Positions 40,852 through 51,529 of a DNA stretch of 64,000 nucleotides are shown here, piece by piece. The position numbers and the translations under genes were made by a program. Source of the stretch: Deltaproteobacteria bacterium (GTDB lineage Bacteria; Myxococcota; Kuafuiibacteriia; Kuafuiibacteriales; Kuafuiibacteriaceae); the NCBI GenBank assembly GCA_016713425.1, contig JADJPE010000005.1, positions 3,086,143-3,150,142 of the forward strand. Reading direction: 5' to 3'. The notes beneath the pieces are model-generated. The model ran no database searches, was not told where the DNA came from, and saw only the letters and a program-made list of their open reading frames with translations. The number at the start of each line of letters is the position of its first letter. Position 1 is the first letter of the stretch.

Positions 40852-42240
40852 TTATCGCCCCACAGCACGCGCTCGGAGCTTGTCGCGCAACGTCGGCGGC
40901 CGTGCGGGTGGACTGAAGGTCGCCGGATCTTCACCCTCGAGAACCGTCAGGACCCCGTCAAACGCGCGCTTATAGACGCGGGTATCATCGCGGTAGTACT
41001 TTCCGGGCTCGAGGCAGACCAGGGTCTTCGCGTCCACATCGGTCAGGCGATGGGTTGGCTCGCCCTCAGACCGAACATCGAACACGGTCGTCCCGTCGGT
41101 GCCCATCTTGGGGTCTTTGGGGACGAGCGCGAACAGCGCGGGATCGACACCCTCGATTGGCACGTAAGCATCGCTCTGGGCGTCGAACCTGTACACCGCC
41201 TTCTTGTCTTTGACGAAGATGTCCGACAGCACGTCCGCGCCATCCCAGCGCTCGAGCCGCGCCTCCTCTTCAAAGACAAAGACGTAGACGCCCTCTTTGT
41301 CTTTGAAGTATTTGCGGCACGCTCTCCTGACGGGTTGAATGCTTTCCGGGTCCGGCTGCGTCGATCGCAGCATCTTATCACCGGCGAAGAAGTAACAAGC
41401 GCCATCGTCACAGGCCAGGCTCTTCGCGACGATGCGAAACGTGCCCAAGTCGATCGCGTCGACCGGCGCATAGCGGTGACCGCTCCAGTAGTGGTGGCTC
41501 CGATCTCGCACCAAGCCGCGTATCGACGTCGTCGCGAAGGACTGCGCGTTCACCGAGGCCAACTCGATGAGCTCGACCCGGCCATGCGTGCCCTCGGCGT
41601 CGACGACCAGCGCATAGACCGTGTTCGCTCCAACAAGGTAGTTCAAGAAGCCGTCGTGAAGCTTTAGCTGCTCGAAGCCCGGCGGCTTTTTCGGAACGAT
41701 GCCTACGAAACCGTCGTAGGGGCTCGCCAGGAATAGTTGGTCTGAATCCCACCCGATGTTGTCACACACTTGCGACACCGCGAAGGAGCTCACGTCGGCG
41801 CCAACAATCGGCTCGACCGCGAACCCGCCCTCGAAGACGAGGCGGTAGACGACCGATTTGGTCGTTGCAAAGAATGGGTTCAAGATCTCGAAAGATTCGG
41901 GTTCGACGCCTTCGAGATGTCGGAACGGGTACTGGGCAAGGGGCTCATCGTCCGTCGTGCCTAACGCGAAGTAGATGCCCGCCTTGTCCCGCACCAGAAT
42001 GCACCCCGCAAAATCGAGAACTTTGAACGAGGCCGCGTCCAAGTTCGTCTTCATGTAGGCGCCCTCTTCACAGGAGAACGCGTACACGGCGTGCCGGTCA
42101 CGGCCAATGCCGTGCCTCAACGCCTCGAAAGAGATCGGGTCAGCGACCGCGAACGCGCGCCAATCGCCTTCTTCGGGATCAAGCCCGTAGATTTGGTCGC
42201 CATCGCGGCCGTAATAGGGTCCGAGAGGTTCGATGCTCAT
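40852..42240 (-). CDS. DKNYY-repeat protein
   Basis: Recurrent (R/K)D(K/D)xx(V/I)Y motifs with following ...DPATF/ALF segments. Confidence 0.55.
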   Translation of the reverse strand: MSIEPLGPYYGRDGDQIYGLDPEEGDWRAFAVADPISFEALRHGIGRDRHAVYAFSCEEGAYMKTNLDAASFKVLDFAGCILVRDKAGIYFALGTTDDEPLAQYPFRHLEGVEPESFEILNPFFATTKSVVYRLVFEGGFAVEPIVGADVSSFAVSQVCDNIGWDSDQLFLASPYDGFVGIVPKKPPGFEQLKLHDGFLNYLVGANTVYALVVDAEGTHGRVELIELASVNAQSFATTSIRGLVRDRSHHYWSGHRYAPVDAIDLGTFRIVAKSLACDDGACYFFAGDKMLRSTQPDPESIQPVRRACRKYFKDKEGVYVFVFEEEARLERWDGADVLSDIFVKDKKAVYRFDAQSDAYVPIEGVDPALFALVPKDPKMGTDGTTVFDVRSEGEPTHRLTDVDAKTLVCLEPGKYYRDDTRVYKRAFDGVLTVLEGEDPATFSPPARPPTLRDKLRARAVGR

Positions 42241-42346
42241 ATCGGTATCTCCGAGGCTAGACCGGGAAAAAGGCCCGCGTCGAGTTCGCTCGTGCAGGAT
42301 TTGGGCGACGTCGGATGGTCGTATCGAGGTGAACGACGGTCAGGCG

Positions 42347-42373
42347 GTCAGTCAGTCAGTCAGTCAGTCAGTC
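42347..42373. repeat. (GTCA)6-7 tetranucleotide microsatellite
   Basis: gtcagtcagtcagtcagtcagtcagtc; supplies the TGA stop of the gene at 42368..43411 and lies ~105 bp upstream of the DKNYY gene start. Confidence 0.9.
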
Positions 42374-43411
42374 CCATTCTGGATAACCGAAGATGGGATT
42401 CGGGAGGCCGCGCGCTCTCGCGATGCGATTCAGCACCTCTCGTTCCTCGGGCGCGAGCTGAGCCAAGGCGGCGCGAAACGCCTCGCGTGGCGCCTCAGCG
42501 GCCATCGAGGAGCCCCGTCGATCGGCATAAGGCCCGTTGCCGCCGGAGTTGATCGCGACGACCCACGCATGGACCATCTGCAGAACCGCCTCAACGGCCG
42601 GTGGCGGACGCAAGGTGGGTTCGGGCAGGCTCTCCGCCCGCGGCGCGCCCGGCACCGGCACGGTTGGGTCGATCAGCCATCCGCCCGCAGACGGATCGAA
42701 CACAAGTTCCAGCGAGACCCCCTCGTTGGTGACGGCACTGGCCGCGTATTCCGGCCTGTCGGGCCGCCTCGACGGCACCGGGTTGACCGCCATGATACGG
42801 ACGTCGCGAGACGCCCCGTCGGGCAATGCAACGACAATCCAACGCCCGATATCCCCCGAGGGGTCAGCGCCCACGGCTTCCTGCCCCGGATGGGCGACCT
42901 TCCCACGTACCGAAGCCGGTTCTTCGTGGGGCGCAGAGATCCCCAGCCAGCGCAGGTAGCGTAGAGCCTCCGCGACGTCGTAGCTGCCCAAGTGAACACC
43001 ACAATCAGACGCGAGATGGAAGGCCAGGACCACGTTTCCCTGTGCACGTCCGTCTCCAAGTCCCGTGTGAATCCGAACGCCGGTCAGCCGGGCGGCGGTC
43101 GCCGCGCGAACCAACGCATCGCGGTCCTGATACCTGACGCCACGGCGCAAATGATTCAACAGCGGACCGGCATGTCGACAGCCCGGCCCGATTTCCTGCG
43201 TGGTCGGGCTCGAGCCGGGCGACCCCGGCGGAGGCGACGTCAAATCCACCGCTGCGGCCGCCGGACCACTCAGAACAGCCGGACCACTCAGAACCACAGC
43301 CGTACCCAAGAAGGCTCCGGCAGAGGCTCCGTGCAAGGCCCTCGCCGCCGACCGCAGACCCCTCAACGAGTGCGCGGGAGGCCAGAGACAGGTCGCTCGG
43401 ATGGAGCCCAC
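42368..43411 (-). CDS. Secreted hypothetical protein
   Basis: Ala-rich hydrophobic N-terminus; no recognised domain. Confidence 0.4.
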   Translation of the reverse strand: MGSIRATCLWPPAHSLRGLRSAARALHGASAGAFLGTAVVLSGPAVLSGPAAAAVDLTSPPPGSPGSSPTTQEIGPGCRHAGPLLNHLRRGVRYQDRDALVRAATAARLTGVRIHTGLGDGRAQGNVVLAFHLASDCGVHLGSYDVAEALRYLRWLGISAPHEEPASVRGKVAHPGQEAVGADPSGDIGRWIVVALPDGASRDVRIMAVNPVPSRRPDRPEYAASAVTNEGVSLELVFDPSAGGWLIDPTVPVPGAPRAESLPEPTLRPPPAVEAVLQMVHAWVVAINSGGNGPYADRRGSSMAAEAPREAFRAALAQLAPEEREVLNRIARARGLPNPIFGYPEWD

Positions 43412-43703
43412 GATTGAGTTATCGATTGGAGTCCAGGATCGTTGCGTGGACTACGAGTACCCATGGCGCGACGGGCGATCGGGATGTGTTCGAGCACATC
43501 CGCTCCGGGCTGAACTTCTGACGCTTCGCTGACGCTTCTCATCCGCACCTTTCTGGGGTGCAGCGCTCCGAGAGCGCGACACTCGCTCAGTCGAAGGCGA
43601 CAATCCAATTCAGGTAGGCGTGGTCCCGGGGACGATTTGGCCCAAGCCGTTCCCCTGAGCGACGAACGGGAGAGAGCGGGCCCAGTGGTTGATGGTCTCG
43701 CAT

Positions 43704-44624
43704 TCAAGTACGCTTCCGATGCTTGCGCTCCGGTGGGCTCAGGGAGACGCGACCATCCGTGAGCGTCGCTTGCGACAAGCGACCTTGGGCTGTCGCAGCC
43801 TTCTCCTCTGCGATCAGCGAGACCCGTCCGACCGAGGGTTGAGTTTCGACCAGTGCAATCTGCACGTCGGACTCAGCGCTCAAGAGTTCGGAATGAAGAC
43901 TCGAGATTCGGCCTTGACCAGACGGAGTTCTATGCACCCAACGTTCACGGAGGACGGAGACAAGCTTCTCAGCCTTCCTTGGGCCGACACTCGCCGGCAG
44001 TTTCAAGCGATGCGTCTGCCGAACCACATCGCCCAAGACCCAAGTGAGCGAACCAACCACGATGGCGTGGTTGGGATCGTAGGCGACAGACGTGACGCTA
44101 TCGACAAGGCCTTGGGTCTCGAGAACGAAGGTGGTGCCGCTCAAGAAGGCGAGAGACCCATCGTCTTGCTGAAAACCTGCGCCGGACTTCCAGTCCAGGT
44201 GCTTGAGGAGCTCGAGCCTGTTCCGGATCCGGCAGGACTCAATGAAGATCCCAATCGGTCCCATCAGGAGGACCATCGGGACAGAGATCGCAAGAGACTT
44301 CAGGGCCGCCGATGTTCGAAATCCGTCCCCTGGCCAAAAGACCCCAACGAGGCCCGCGATGGCGACACCAACGCCCACCGCGAAGTACGCCACGATTCTG
44401 GTCGCCCAGAGAACTCGCAGGCGATGCAATACGGAAAGCCGCGCCGCAACGACCTCGTCGGGAAGCGACATCGTGCTGAACAACCGACGCTCGCGCGCAT
44501 TCTGCGCCCCGCTGAGCTCGAAGATGCTCCTCCGCACCTCGGATCGACGGGCCAACGCATTCGGAAGGCCCGACATTCGCTCCGAACCCGTGGCGTCGTC
44601 TTGCGGCACAAGCTCAGAAGACAC
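43704..44624 (-). CDS. Hypothetical membrane protein (two hydrophobic helices)
   Basis: Hydrophobic segments VAYFAVGVGVAIAGLVGVFW and ISVPMVLLMGPIGIFI; somewhat lower GC than flanks. Confidence 0.35.
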   Translation of the reverse strand: MSSELVPQDDATGSERMSGLPNALARRSEVRRSIFELSGAQNARERRLFSTMSLPDEVVAARLSVLHRLRVLWATRIVAYFAVGVGVAIAGLVGVFWPGDGFRTSAALKSLAISVPMVLLMGPIGIFIESCRIRNRLELLKHLDWKSGAGFQQDDGSLAFLSGTTFVLETQGLVDSVTSVAYDPNHAIVVGSLTWVLGDVVRQTHRLKLPASVGPRKAEKLVSVLRERWVHRTPSGQGRISSLHSELLSAESDVQIALVETQPSVGRVSLIAEEKAATAQGRLSQATLTDGRVSLSPPERKHRKRT

Positions 44625-45351
44625 GGATGGATGTTACCCATTTCTGAATCGGTCCCACCCGAAAAGTCGGAGCACGAAAGCCTCGTTCCGTTCACCGGGA
44701 GGTGCTTGAGGTCCCGGTCCTCGAACTTCAGGCGGACTGCCCAGCGAGCTCATAGGTGGACGTAGGTCGATCGGGCGAGATGCGCCCTACCGGACGCCTC
44801 CCATGCACACGCAGCCGATGATGTCGGCGCTGTCCCTTCGCACCGAAGCCGTCTGGCAGCGGGCGATCGATGAAGCGCGCGGGGCGTACCGGTGCCGAGC
44901 ACTTCCGCAACCCGGACGATGACCTACGCGGCGGCATCGAGCTCGTTGGGGACGAAACCACGCTTGCGAGTCGCAGCCAACGTGGGCATGAGCTTGTCCG
45001 TCAGCGCAGCGAGGAAGTCCGAAATTCGACGAAGACACGAACAAACGAGCGCCATTGCCGAGGCCTTCCGTGACGGCATGAAACGAGCTCATGGCGCGTT
45101 GTGTGCGCGCAAGCGGTTTCCGAATACAAACCACGAAAACCGGAGTCGGGAATCCTGCATTGCCTCGTCTCGACCCACTTTGACGAGTTTGTCGAAAGTT
45201 TTGAGGACCCAGATTCCCCCGAGTCCGGGTTGCCGACATTTGTCCGCAAAGAGTTTGAACGATTCCTCGACTGCGGGATCTTGGAACGCGGGTTCGTCCT
45301 TCTTTTCTGCGACCGATGCCAGCGTGAGCATGCTGTGGCCTTTTCGTGCAA

Positions 45352-46844
45352 GTTCGCCATGTCCGGACGGACACCCCGTGGCATGAAACTGGTAGGATGC
45401 GCCGCGTTGGTGGTGGCACAGAGATCGGCGTTTCCTTGGTGCTTCAGCCCGTGTGCAAGTTGGATCCGGAGCTCTACGAGCACCCCGTACTGCGCCATGG
45501 AGTCCGCCTATGCGGCTTCGGGAGCGCGCGTTCTAGATTTCGATCACGAGAGCTCCACGCCATCACCGACAGGAGTGTGTGGTGGAAGTTCTTCATGCCC
45601 GTTGCGCGGGGCTCGACGTTCACAAGGACACGGTCGTGGCCTGCATTCGAATCGCATCCAAAGGAACAGCGACGCAAGATGTGCGAACTTTCCAGACGAC
45701 GACTTCGCAGTTGTTGGCGTTGTCTGACTGGCTGAGCGAACAAGAGGTGACACATGTCGCGATGGAGGCGACGGGCGTCTACTGGAAGCCGGTTTGGCAC
45801 ATCCTCGAGGAGTCGTTCGAGCTCGTCCTCGCGAACGCCGCCCATATCAAGAACGTTCCCGGGCGCAAGACCGACGTGAACGACGCGATGTGGATCTCGG
45901 ATTTGCTCGCACATGGTCTGATCCGAGGCAGCTTCGTTCCGGAGGCATCCATCCATGAGCTACGCGCGCTCACGCGAACGCGCAAGCAGCTCGTCCGTGA
46001 GAAAGCCCAGCACATGCAGCGGATTCAGAAGACGCTCGAGGATGCGAACATCAAGCTCGCATCGGTGATCACGGACATTCTCGGAATGACGGGACGCGGG
46101 ATCCTCGAAGCTCTCATCCGCGGCGAGACCGATCCTGAGAAGCTGGTCGACCGCAGGCGTGGTCGTCTCAAGGCCACGCGAGCTGAGCTCGTCGAAGCCC
46201 TGCGCGGTCGCGTCACTCGGAATCATCGCTTTCTTCTCGAGCTTCACTTGAACCAGATCGACGCCCTCGACAAGTCGATCGAGAGCGTGGAGAAGGAGGT
46301 CGGCGAGCTGCTGGAGCCCTTTCGAGCTGCCGCCGAGCTCCTGAAGACGATCCCAGGCGTCAGCGATACCGTCGCCGATGTGATCATCGCGGAGATCGGG
46401 GTCGACATGTTGCGCTTTCCAACTGCAGGGCATCTCGTTTCCTGGGCAGGTCTCTGCCCTGGCAATGATGAGAGCGCCGGCAAACGTCGCTCCACTCGCG
46501 TTCGAAAAGGATCTCCGTGGCTCAAGACAACGTTGGTCCAAGCGGCATGGGCGGGATCCCGTACGCGCGGAACGTACCTGCGTACACAGTTCCTGCGCCT
46601 CAAGACTCGCCGCGGTCCTAAGAAGGCCATCATGGCGGTCGCCGCATCGATGCTGACCGCCATCTATTACATGCTCCGAGACTCCGTCCCCTACCGCGAT
46701 CTTGGCCCCGACTACTTCGACCGCATGGACACGACCAAGGTGACCACCCGCCTGGTTCGCAGGCTCGAGAGCCTCGGGTTCCATGTCGAGCTCAAGGAGG
46801 CATCCTAAGCGAAAACGATCGTCATCAGCCGTGGTTTCGTTCTA
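45352..46844 (+). mobile_element. IS110-family insertion sequence, copy 2, at the identical site within IS91-like tnpA
   Basis: Same junctions as copy 1 (offset 27341 bp); apparently identical. Confidence 0.8.
45579..46808 (+). CDS. IS110-family transposase
   Basis: 409-aa ORF identical in translation to 18238..19467. Confidence 0.9.
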   Translation: MVEVLHARCAGLDVHKDTVVACIRIASKGTATQDVRTFQTTTSQLLALSDWLSEQEVTHVAMEATGVYWKPVWHILEESFELVLANAAHIKNVPGRKTDVNDAMWISDLLAHGLIRGSFVPEASIHELRALTRTRKQLVREKAQHMQRIQKTLEDANIKLASVITDILGMTGRGILEALIRGETDPEKLVDRRRGRLKATRAELVEALRGRVTRNHRFLLELHLNQIDALDKSIESVEKEVGELLEPFRAAAELLKTIPGVSDTVADVIIAEIGVDMLRFPTAGHLVSWAGLCPGNDESAGKRRSTRVRKGSPWLKTTLVQAAWAGSRTRGTYLRTQFLRLKTRRGPKKAIMAVAASMLTAIYYMLRDSVPYRDLGPDYFDRMDTTKVTTRLVRRLESLGFHVELKEAS

Positions 46845-46845
46845 G

Positions 46846-48273
46846 GGGCGGGCGATTTGTCCGAGCTGCGGTGCACGACGGATGCAGGAGACGGCGGCCC
46901 ATCTCGTCGATGACGTGCTGCCCGATGTCGCGCTGCGGCAATACGTGCTGAGCCCGCCGTTCGAACTGCGCGGTCTTCTCGCGTGCAAACGAGAAGTCTT
47001 GGCGAAGATGGTGAACTTTTTCGTTCGGGCGATCTTTGAGCAACTGACCGACTGGGCTCGATGTCAGGGTCTCACAGGACCGAAATGCGGCGCAGTCACC
47101 TTCATTCAGCGATTCACGAAGACCCTGAACATCTCACCCCATCTTCATGTGCTCGTTCTCGACGGAGTCTTTGCGAACGAAGAAGAGGGTCCCCGTTTCG
47201 TCGAATGCCCAGCCCCAACGAATCGAGACCTTCTTTCGTTGCCCCAAAGGGTCTTCAAGAAGATGGAGAAATTTCTCGCGAAGAGCGGATATCTCCGAAG
47301 CGAGTCGGACGCTCTTGAGGAAGCATCGCTGACACCCGTGGAGCGCTGGTATGTGCGGGGCCTCGCGGAGCCATCGATGCTGTCGCCAAGTCGCATCGTG
47401 GACGTCAAGTCCACGGCGATCGAGTGTGGTGGATTCAGTGTTCATGCTCAGGTTCGTGTTGCCCAAGGCGATCGACGAGGACGAGAAAGGCTCTGCCTAT
47501 ATGCGGCCCGTCCGCCTTTCGCCGAAGGTCAACTTCGCATGACCGATGATGGCCGAGTTCGGCTGACGCTTCGTCGTCCAGCGAAGAACGGCCAGGGTGC
47601 GATCGTTCTATCACCGGTTCAGTTTCTGAGGCGCCTCGCGTGGCTCGTTCCTCCCCCGGCGCAGCATCAGGTTCGCTATGCGGGAGTTCTGGCCTCGGCC
47701 TCGAAAGTGCGGCGCGCGATTGTTCCAAGGCCCGCACCAGTTCTTCAGCTCGCCTTCCCGATCGAGAACATGAGGCCTCGGGTTCAGAAACATCGCATGT
47801 CGTGGGCCAAACTGTTGGCCCGCGTCTATTCGATTGATGGAGAGCGCTGCTTGAGCTGTGGCGGCCCACTTAGGCCGATCGGTGCGGTGACTGAATCGAG
47901 TCACGTCGCGCAGACTCTCGGTCGGATGCGACGGCAGCGATGCGCTCGAGATCCCCTCAGCTCGCCCTCGATCTCTGATCGACTCTACAAACCAACCCAA
48001 GGTCCCACGCTCCGGGCCTCGGCGCTTCTTGTCCGCGCGGTCGCACTGCTCGTCCGCTGGGGGAGAGGTACGTCTGAACGCTGCGCGCAGGCTACGGAAC
48101 TCAACGGCAGTCCCGTCTTGTGGCGTTCCAAACCGGCCAGACTGCGCGCAACATGTGACTCGTCGCACACCTGCGTCGGTTCTCCGACTGCTCCGGGCAT
48201 GGTATCGACGACGCATAGTGAGTCGAAGCCGATTGATTGCCCTATCGGCCTATCGGCCTCGGGGCCCTCATGA
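46846..48273 (+). pseudogene. IS91-family tnpA distal portion (copy H), longest uninterrupted frame
   Basis: ORF 46882..48273 (463 aa) covers the HUH and Y2 regions and reads through the element terminus; 5' part (45101..45351) is separated by IS110. Confidence 0.6.
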
Positions 48274-48536
48274 GCCCAGAGATCGTGTTCGATTCCTCAA
48301 ACTGCAGTGCATCCGGCGCGCCGTCCCCAGAAGCGAGACGCCTGGACGTGCGTTTGTTGAGTGAGATCTATCGGCGACCCGTCTGGGGTTGTTCTCTGAT
48401 CTTCCATGGCATCGGACGTTGATCGCATGACGGCGGGCAGCTCCACCCAATCCGCGACCGAGGGACGTCGAGTCTCAAGCTTCACGGCGCCTCATCTCGG
48501 GGCCGGAAGTGCCGGGATCGAGGGCGGTGGCCTCGC

Positions 48537-49154
48537 TCATTCAGAACTCCGGCAGAGCGCATAGGCGAAGGACTGCGCCGCGCCCCAGGGCGTGGTGTGC
48601 TCTTCGTCAGCCTGTTCGACAAGTTCGAAGCCGGCCCCGAGTGCGGCTGCGATGTCGCTCGATGCGTACCGGGTCACGGGCAGCCCGCTGCAGCGCTCGG
48701 GGCCGCTCGGGCCGAAGGTGGCAATGATCACGAAGCCGCCCCGGCGGACGGACCGACGCAGCGCCTCGATGTACGTGTCGCGGAGGGCCGGTTCGGTGAG
48801 GAAGTGGAACACGGCGCGGTCGTGCCAGAGATCCACGCTGTCCTCGTCGAAGAGCGCTGTCGTGGCGTCTCCGACGACCCACTGGACCGAGCGCGCGGCG
48901 TCGCCGAGGCGAGCGCGGGTGTGGGCGAGCGCTTCGGCCGCGATGTCGGCCACGGAGATGCGCTGGAAGCCTCGGGCCAGGAGGTCGTCCACGAGCGTCG
49001 AGGCGCCGCCGCCGACGTCGACCACATGGGCGCAGGGGTCGAGCCCACAGCGATCGATCCAGGCGAGGGACTGCTCGAGGCGAGGGCGGTACCAGCTGAC
49101 CGAGTCCGGAGACCTGCTCCGATAGACCTCGTCCCAGTGTTCGCGCGTGCTCAT
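48537..49154 (-). CDS. Class I SAM-dependent methyltransferase
   Basis: Probable start MSTREHWDEVY; VVDVGGGASTL glycine-rich SAM motif. Confidence 0.6.
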   Translation of the reverse strand: MSTREHWDEVYRSRSPDSVSWYRPRLEQSLAWIDRCGLDPCAHVVDVGGGASTLVDDLLARGFQRISVADIAAEALAHTRARLGDAARSVQWVVGDATTALFDEDSVDLWHDRAVFHFLTEPALRDTYIEALRRSVRRGGFVIIATFGPSGPERCSGLPVTRYASSDIAAALGAGFELVEQADEEHTTPWGAAQSFAYALCRSSE

Positions 49155-49685
49155 GCATCCTCCCAGCGCTGCATCCACGGCTTCGCCCGGGAGCGATCCC
49201 AGCTGTCGCACATCACCGTGACGACCGGACCGCGCAGCTCGCCGCGGGCCACGCGCCGCGCCGCGACCAGGTTCACGCCAGCCGAGCCGCCGACGTAGAG
49301 CGAACAGACGAATCGACGAACTGCTCCACCACCAGTGGCAGGCAGCACTCGACCAGTTCGTTCGCCGAGTAGCGCACCACAGCTGAAAGCCGTCCCGTTC
49401 ACGTTCACTGCGAGCGATCATAGCCGAACGGATCCGAAACGCCCAGGTGCCCTCGATGGAACAGCTACAATGCAGCGACTTAAGTACTGTCCGAGCGACA
49501 GCGGGTCCGGGCGCACGCGGATTTCATGTACACGGCCGAGTACAAAACCCGAATCGAAGACATCGATCTCGTCAAGGTCATCCACTGACAACGTACCGAC
49601 CTCACCCACACTCCCGACAGATCGCGATACTCGCCCAGATTGGCGGTGCAAGGCGACCCGCCGCCTCGGCCGCGTTGATCGCAAG

Positions 49686-50105
49686 CTACCAAATCCGCGA
49701 TAGGCGGGCGTCCAGAATGGATATTGGCGGCAGCGTCCCAGAGAGCTCGAGCCATGCGCCGCGTCCCGCGGTCAGTGACGCCCAAATGGGGAGACCGCCC
49801 TCGTACACGACGAGGTTGCCATCGGACTGGAAGGCAGCCAGGCACCCCGACTCGCACGATCGACCGCCCGTCCCAGCGTCCCAGATCGGCCCCTCCGGCG
49901 CGTAGACGACGAGGTTTCCGTCGTACTGCATGACGAGGATTCGGCTTCCGAAGGCGACGTATTGGCCCGCTTTGAGCAGGAGGTCGGGAAATCTCCGACT
50001 GCTCGCCCAAACGATCGAGCCTCCATTGTTCAGCAGCCGAACGAGCGGACCCGAGCGCGCAAGTTGAAGCCCCGTGGCCGCCCCTGCGCCGCTGGTGGTC
50101 ATCGT
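49686..50105 (-). CDS. Bulb-type (B-lectin) mannose-binding lectin-domain protein, N-terminus fused to an IS66 end fragment
   Basis: QYDGNLVVY and QSDGNLVVY motifs; the ORF ATG (50123) coincides with the tnpA ATG position of the IS66 left-end fragment. Confidence 0.55.
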   Translation of the reverse strand, partial: TMTTSGAGAATGLQLARSGPLVRLLNNGGSIVWASSRRFPDLLLKAGQYVAFGSRILVMQYDGNLVVYAPEGPIWDAGTGGRSCESGCLAAFQSDGNLVVYEGGLPIWASLTAGRGAWLELSGTLPPISILDARLSRIW

Positions 50106-50180
50106 GGCCCACACCGGGTTCATGGACCGGAATCATCGTCCGTCTCCCGATCGGGGGTCCCGACCTTTCTCGGCGCCTGA
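50106..50180 (-). repeat. Solo IS66 left-end fragment (~70 bp)
   Basis: Reverse complement matches GTGAGCGTCCGGTCAGGCGCCGAGAAAGGTCGGGACC... of the IS66 left end. Confidence 0.55.
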
Positions 50181-50385
50181 CCGGACGCTCACGAGAAGCT
50201 CGGCTTTCGGCTCTTGGGAGAACAGCGCGACCATTTCTTTCGCTTCGACCAGTGGTGGCAGCCGACCCACCCGAACCAAGCCTACGCCGCCGCCGACGAC
50301 AACGAGAAGAGACCGACGTGAAGACGCCGCCGAAGAAAGCCTCCAAGCCGAGCGCCAAGGTCGGCCTCGGTGCAAGGAGTTTGGG

Positions 50386-51235
50386 TCACCGGTGCCGACC
50401 GCTTCCGCAACCCGGACGAGGACCTACGCGGCGGCATCGACCTCGTTGGGGACGAAACCACGCTTGCGAGTCGCAGCCAACGTGGGCATGAGCTTGTCCG
50501 TCAGCGCAGCGAGGAAGTCCGAAATTCGAAGATCAACTTCGCATGACCGATGATGGCCGAGTTCGGCTGACGCTTCGTCGTCCAGCGAAGAACGGCCAGG
50601 GTGCGGTCGTTCTATCACCGGTTCAGTTTCTGAGACGCCTCGCGTGGCTCGTTCCTCCCCCGGCGCAGCATCAAGTTCGCTACGCGGGCGTTCTGGCCTC
50701 GGCCTCGAAAGTGCGGCGCGCGATTGTCCCAAGGCCCGCACCGGTTCTTCAGCTCGCCTTCCCGATCGAGAACATGAGGCCTCGGGTTCAGAAGCGTCGC
50801 ATGTCGTGGGCCAAACTGTTGGCCCGCGTCTATTCGATTGATGGAGAGCGCTGCTTGAGCTGTGGCGGCCCACTTAGGCCGATCGGTGCGGTGACTGAAT
50901 CGAGTCACGTCGCGCAGACTCTCGGTCGGATGCGACGCCAGCGATGCGCTCGAGATCCCCCTCAGCTCGCCCTCGATCTCTGATCGACTCCACAAACCAA
51001 CCCAAGGTCCCAAGCTCCGGGGCTCGGCGCTTCTTGTCCGCGCGGTCGCACGGCTCGTCTGCCGGGGGAGAGGTACGTCTGAACGCTGCCCGCAGGCTAC
51101 AGAACTCAACGGTAGTCCCGTCTTGTGCCGTTCCAAGCCGGCCAGACTGCGCGCAATATGTGACGCGCCGCACACCTGCGTCGGTTCTCCGACTGCTCCG
51201 GGCATGGTCGAAGCCGATTGATTGCCCTATCGGCC
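50386..51235 (+). mobile_element. IS91-like element, copy I, with a large internal deletion
   Basis: 5' part from tcaccggtg joined at ~50529 to the tnpA distal region (...LRMTDDGRV); 20-bp deletion near the terminus shared with copy K. Confidence 0.6.
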
Positions 51236-51251
51236 TCGTCTGCTGAGGGCT

Positions 51252-51443
51252 GAGGGAGAGGTACGTCTGAACGCTGCGCGCAGGCTGCGGAACTCAACGG
51301 CAGTCCCGTCTTGTGCCGTTCCAAACCGGTCAGACTGCGCGCAAGACGTGACTCGTCGCACACCTGCGTCGGTTCTCCGACTGCTCCGGGCATGGTATCG
51401 ACGACGCATGGTGAGTCGAAGCCGATTGATTGCCCTATCGGCC
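51252..51443 (+). mobile_element. IS91-like 3'-terminal fragment, copy J
   Basis: Terminus at 51443 followed by the same tatcggcc duplication as copy H. Confidence 0.55.
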
Positions 51444-51529
51444 TATCGGCCTTCACCCCCCACGTACTCGGCTTGGCTGAACCTCGTGGAGCGCTTCTTC
51501 GCCCTGCTCTCCGCATGGACTCATTGCAC

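Larger units (their letters stand above)
44802..48250 (+). mobile_element. IS91-like element, copy H; longest 5' extent, carrying a nested IS110
   Basis: Left boundary at catgcacacgcag is shared with copy K (54384); terminus at 48250 followed by an 8-bp tandem duplication tatcggcc. Confidence 0.65.

Noticed and set aside
44892-45386. Recurrent alternative-frame ORFs over the IS91-like 5' region and tnpA (MPSTSATRTM..., MLKDRPNEK..., MGNTNLSMN..., MHARRPRSSNGG...)
   Set aside because: They overlap the motif-bearing tnpA frame or its antisense in every copy and are Arg/Ser/Pro-rich without motifs.
49151-49408. 85-aa minus-strand ORF overlapping the methyltransferase start
   Set aside because: No recognisable motif; may be real but cannot be supported.
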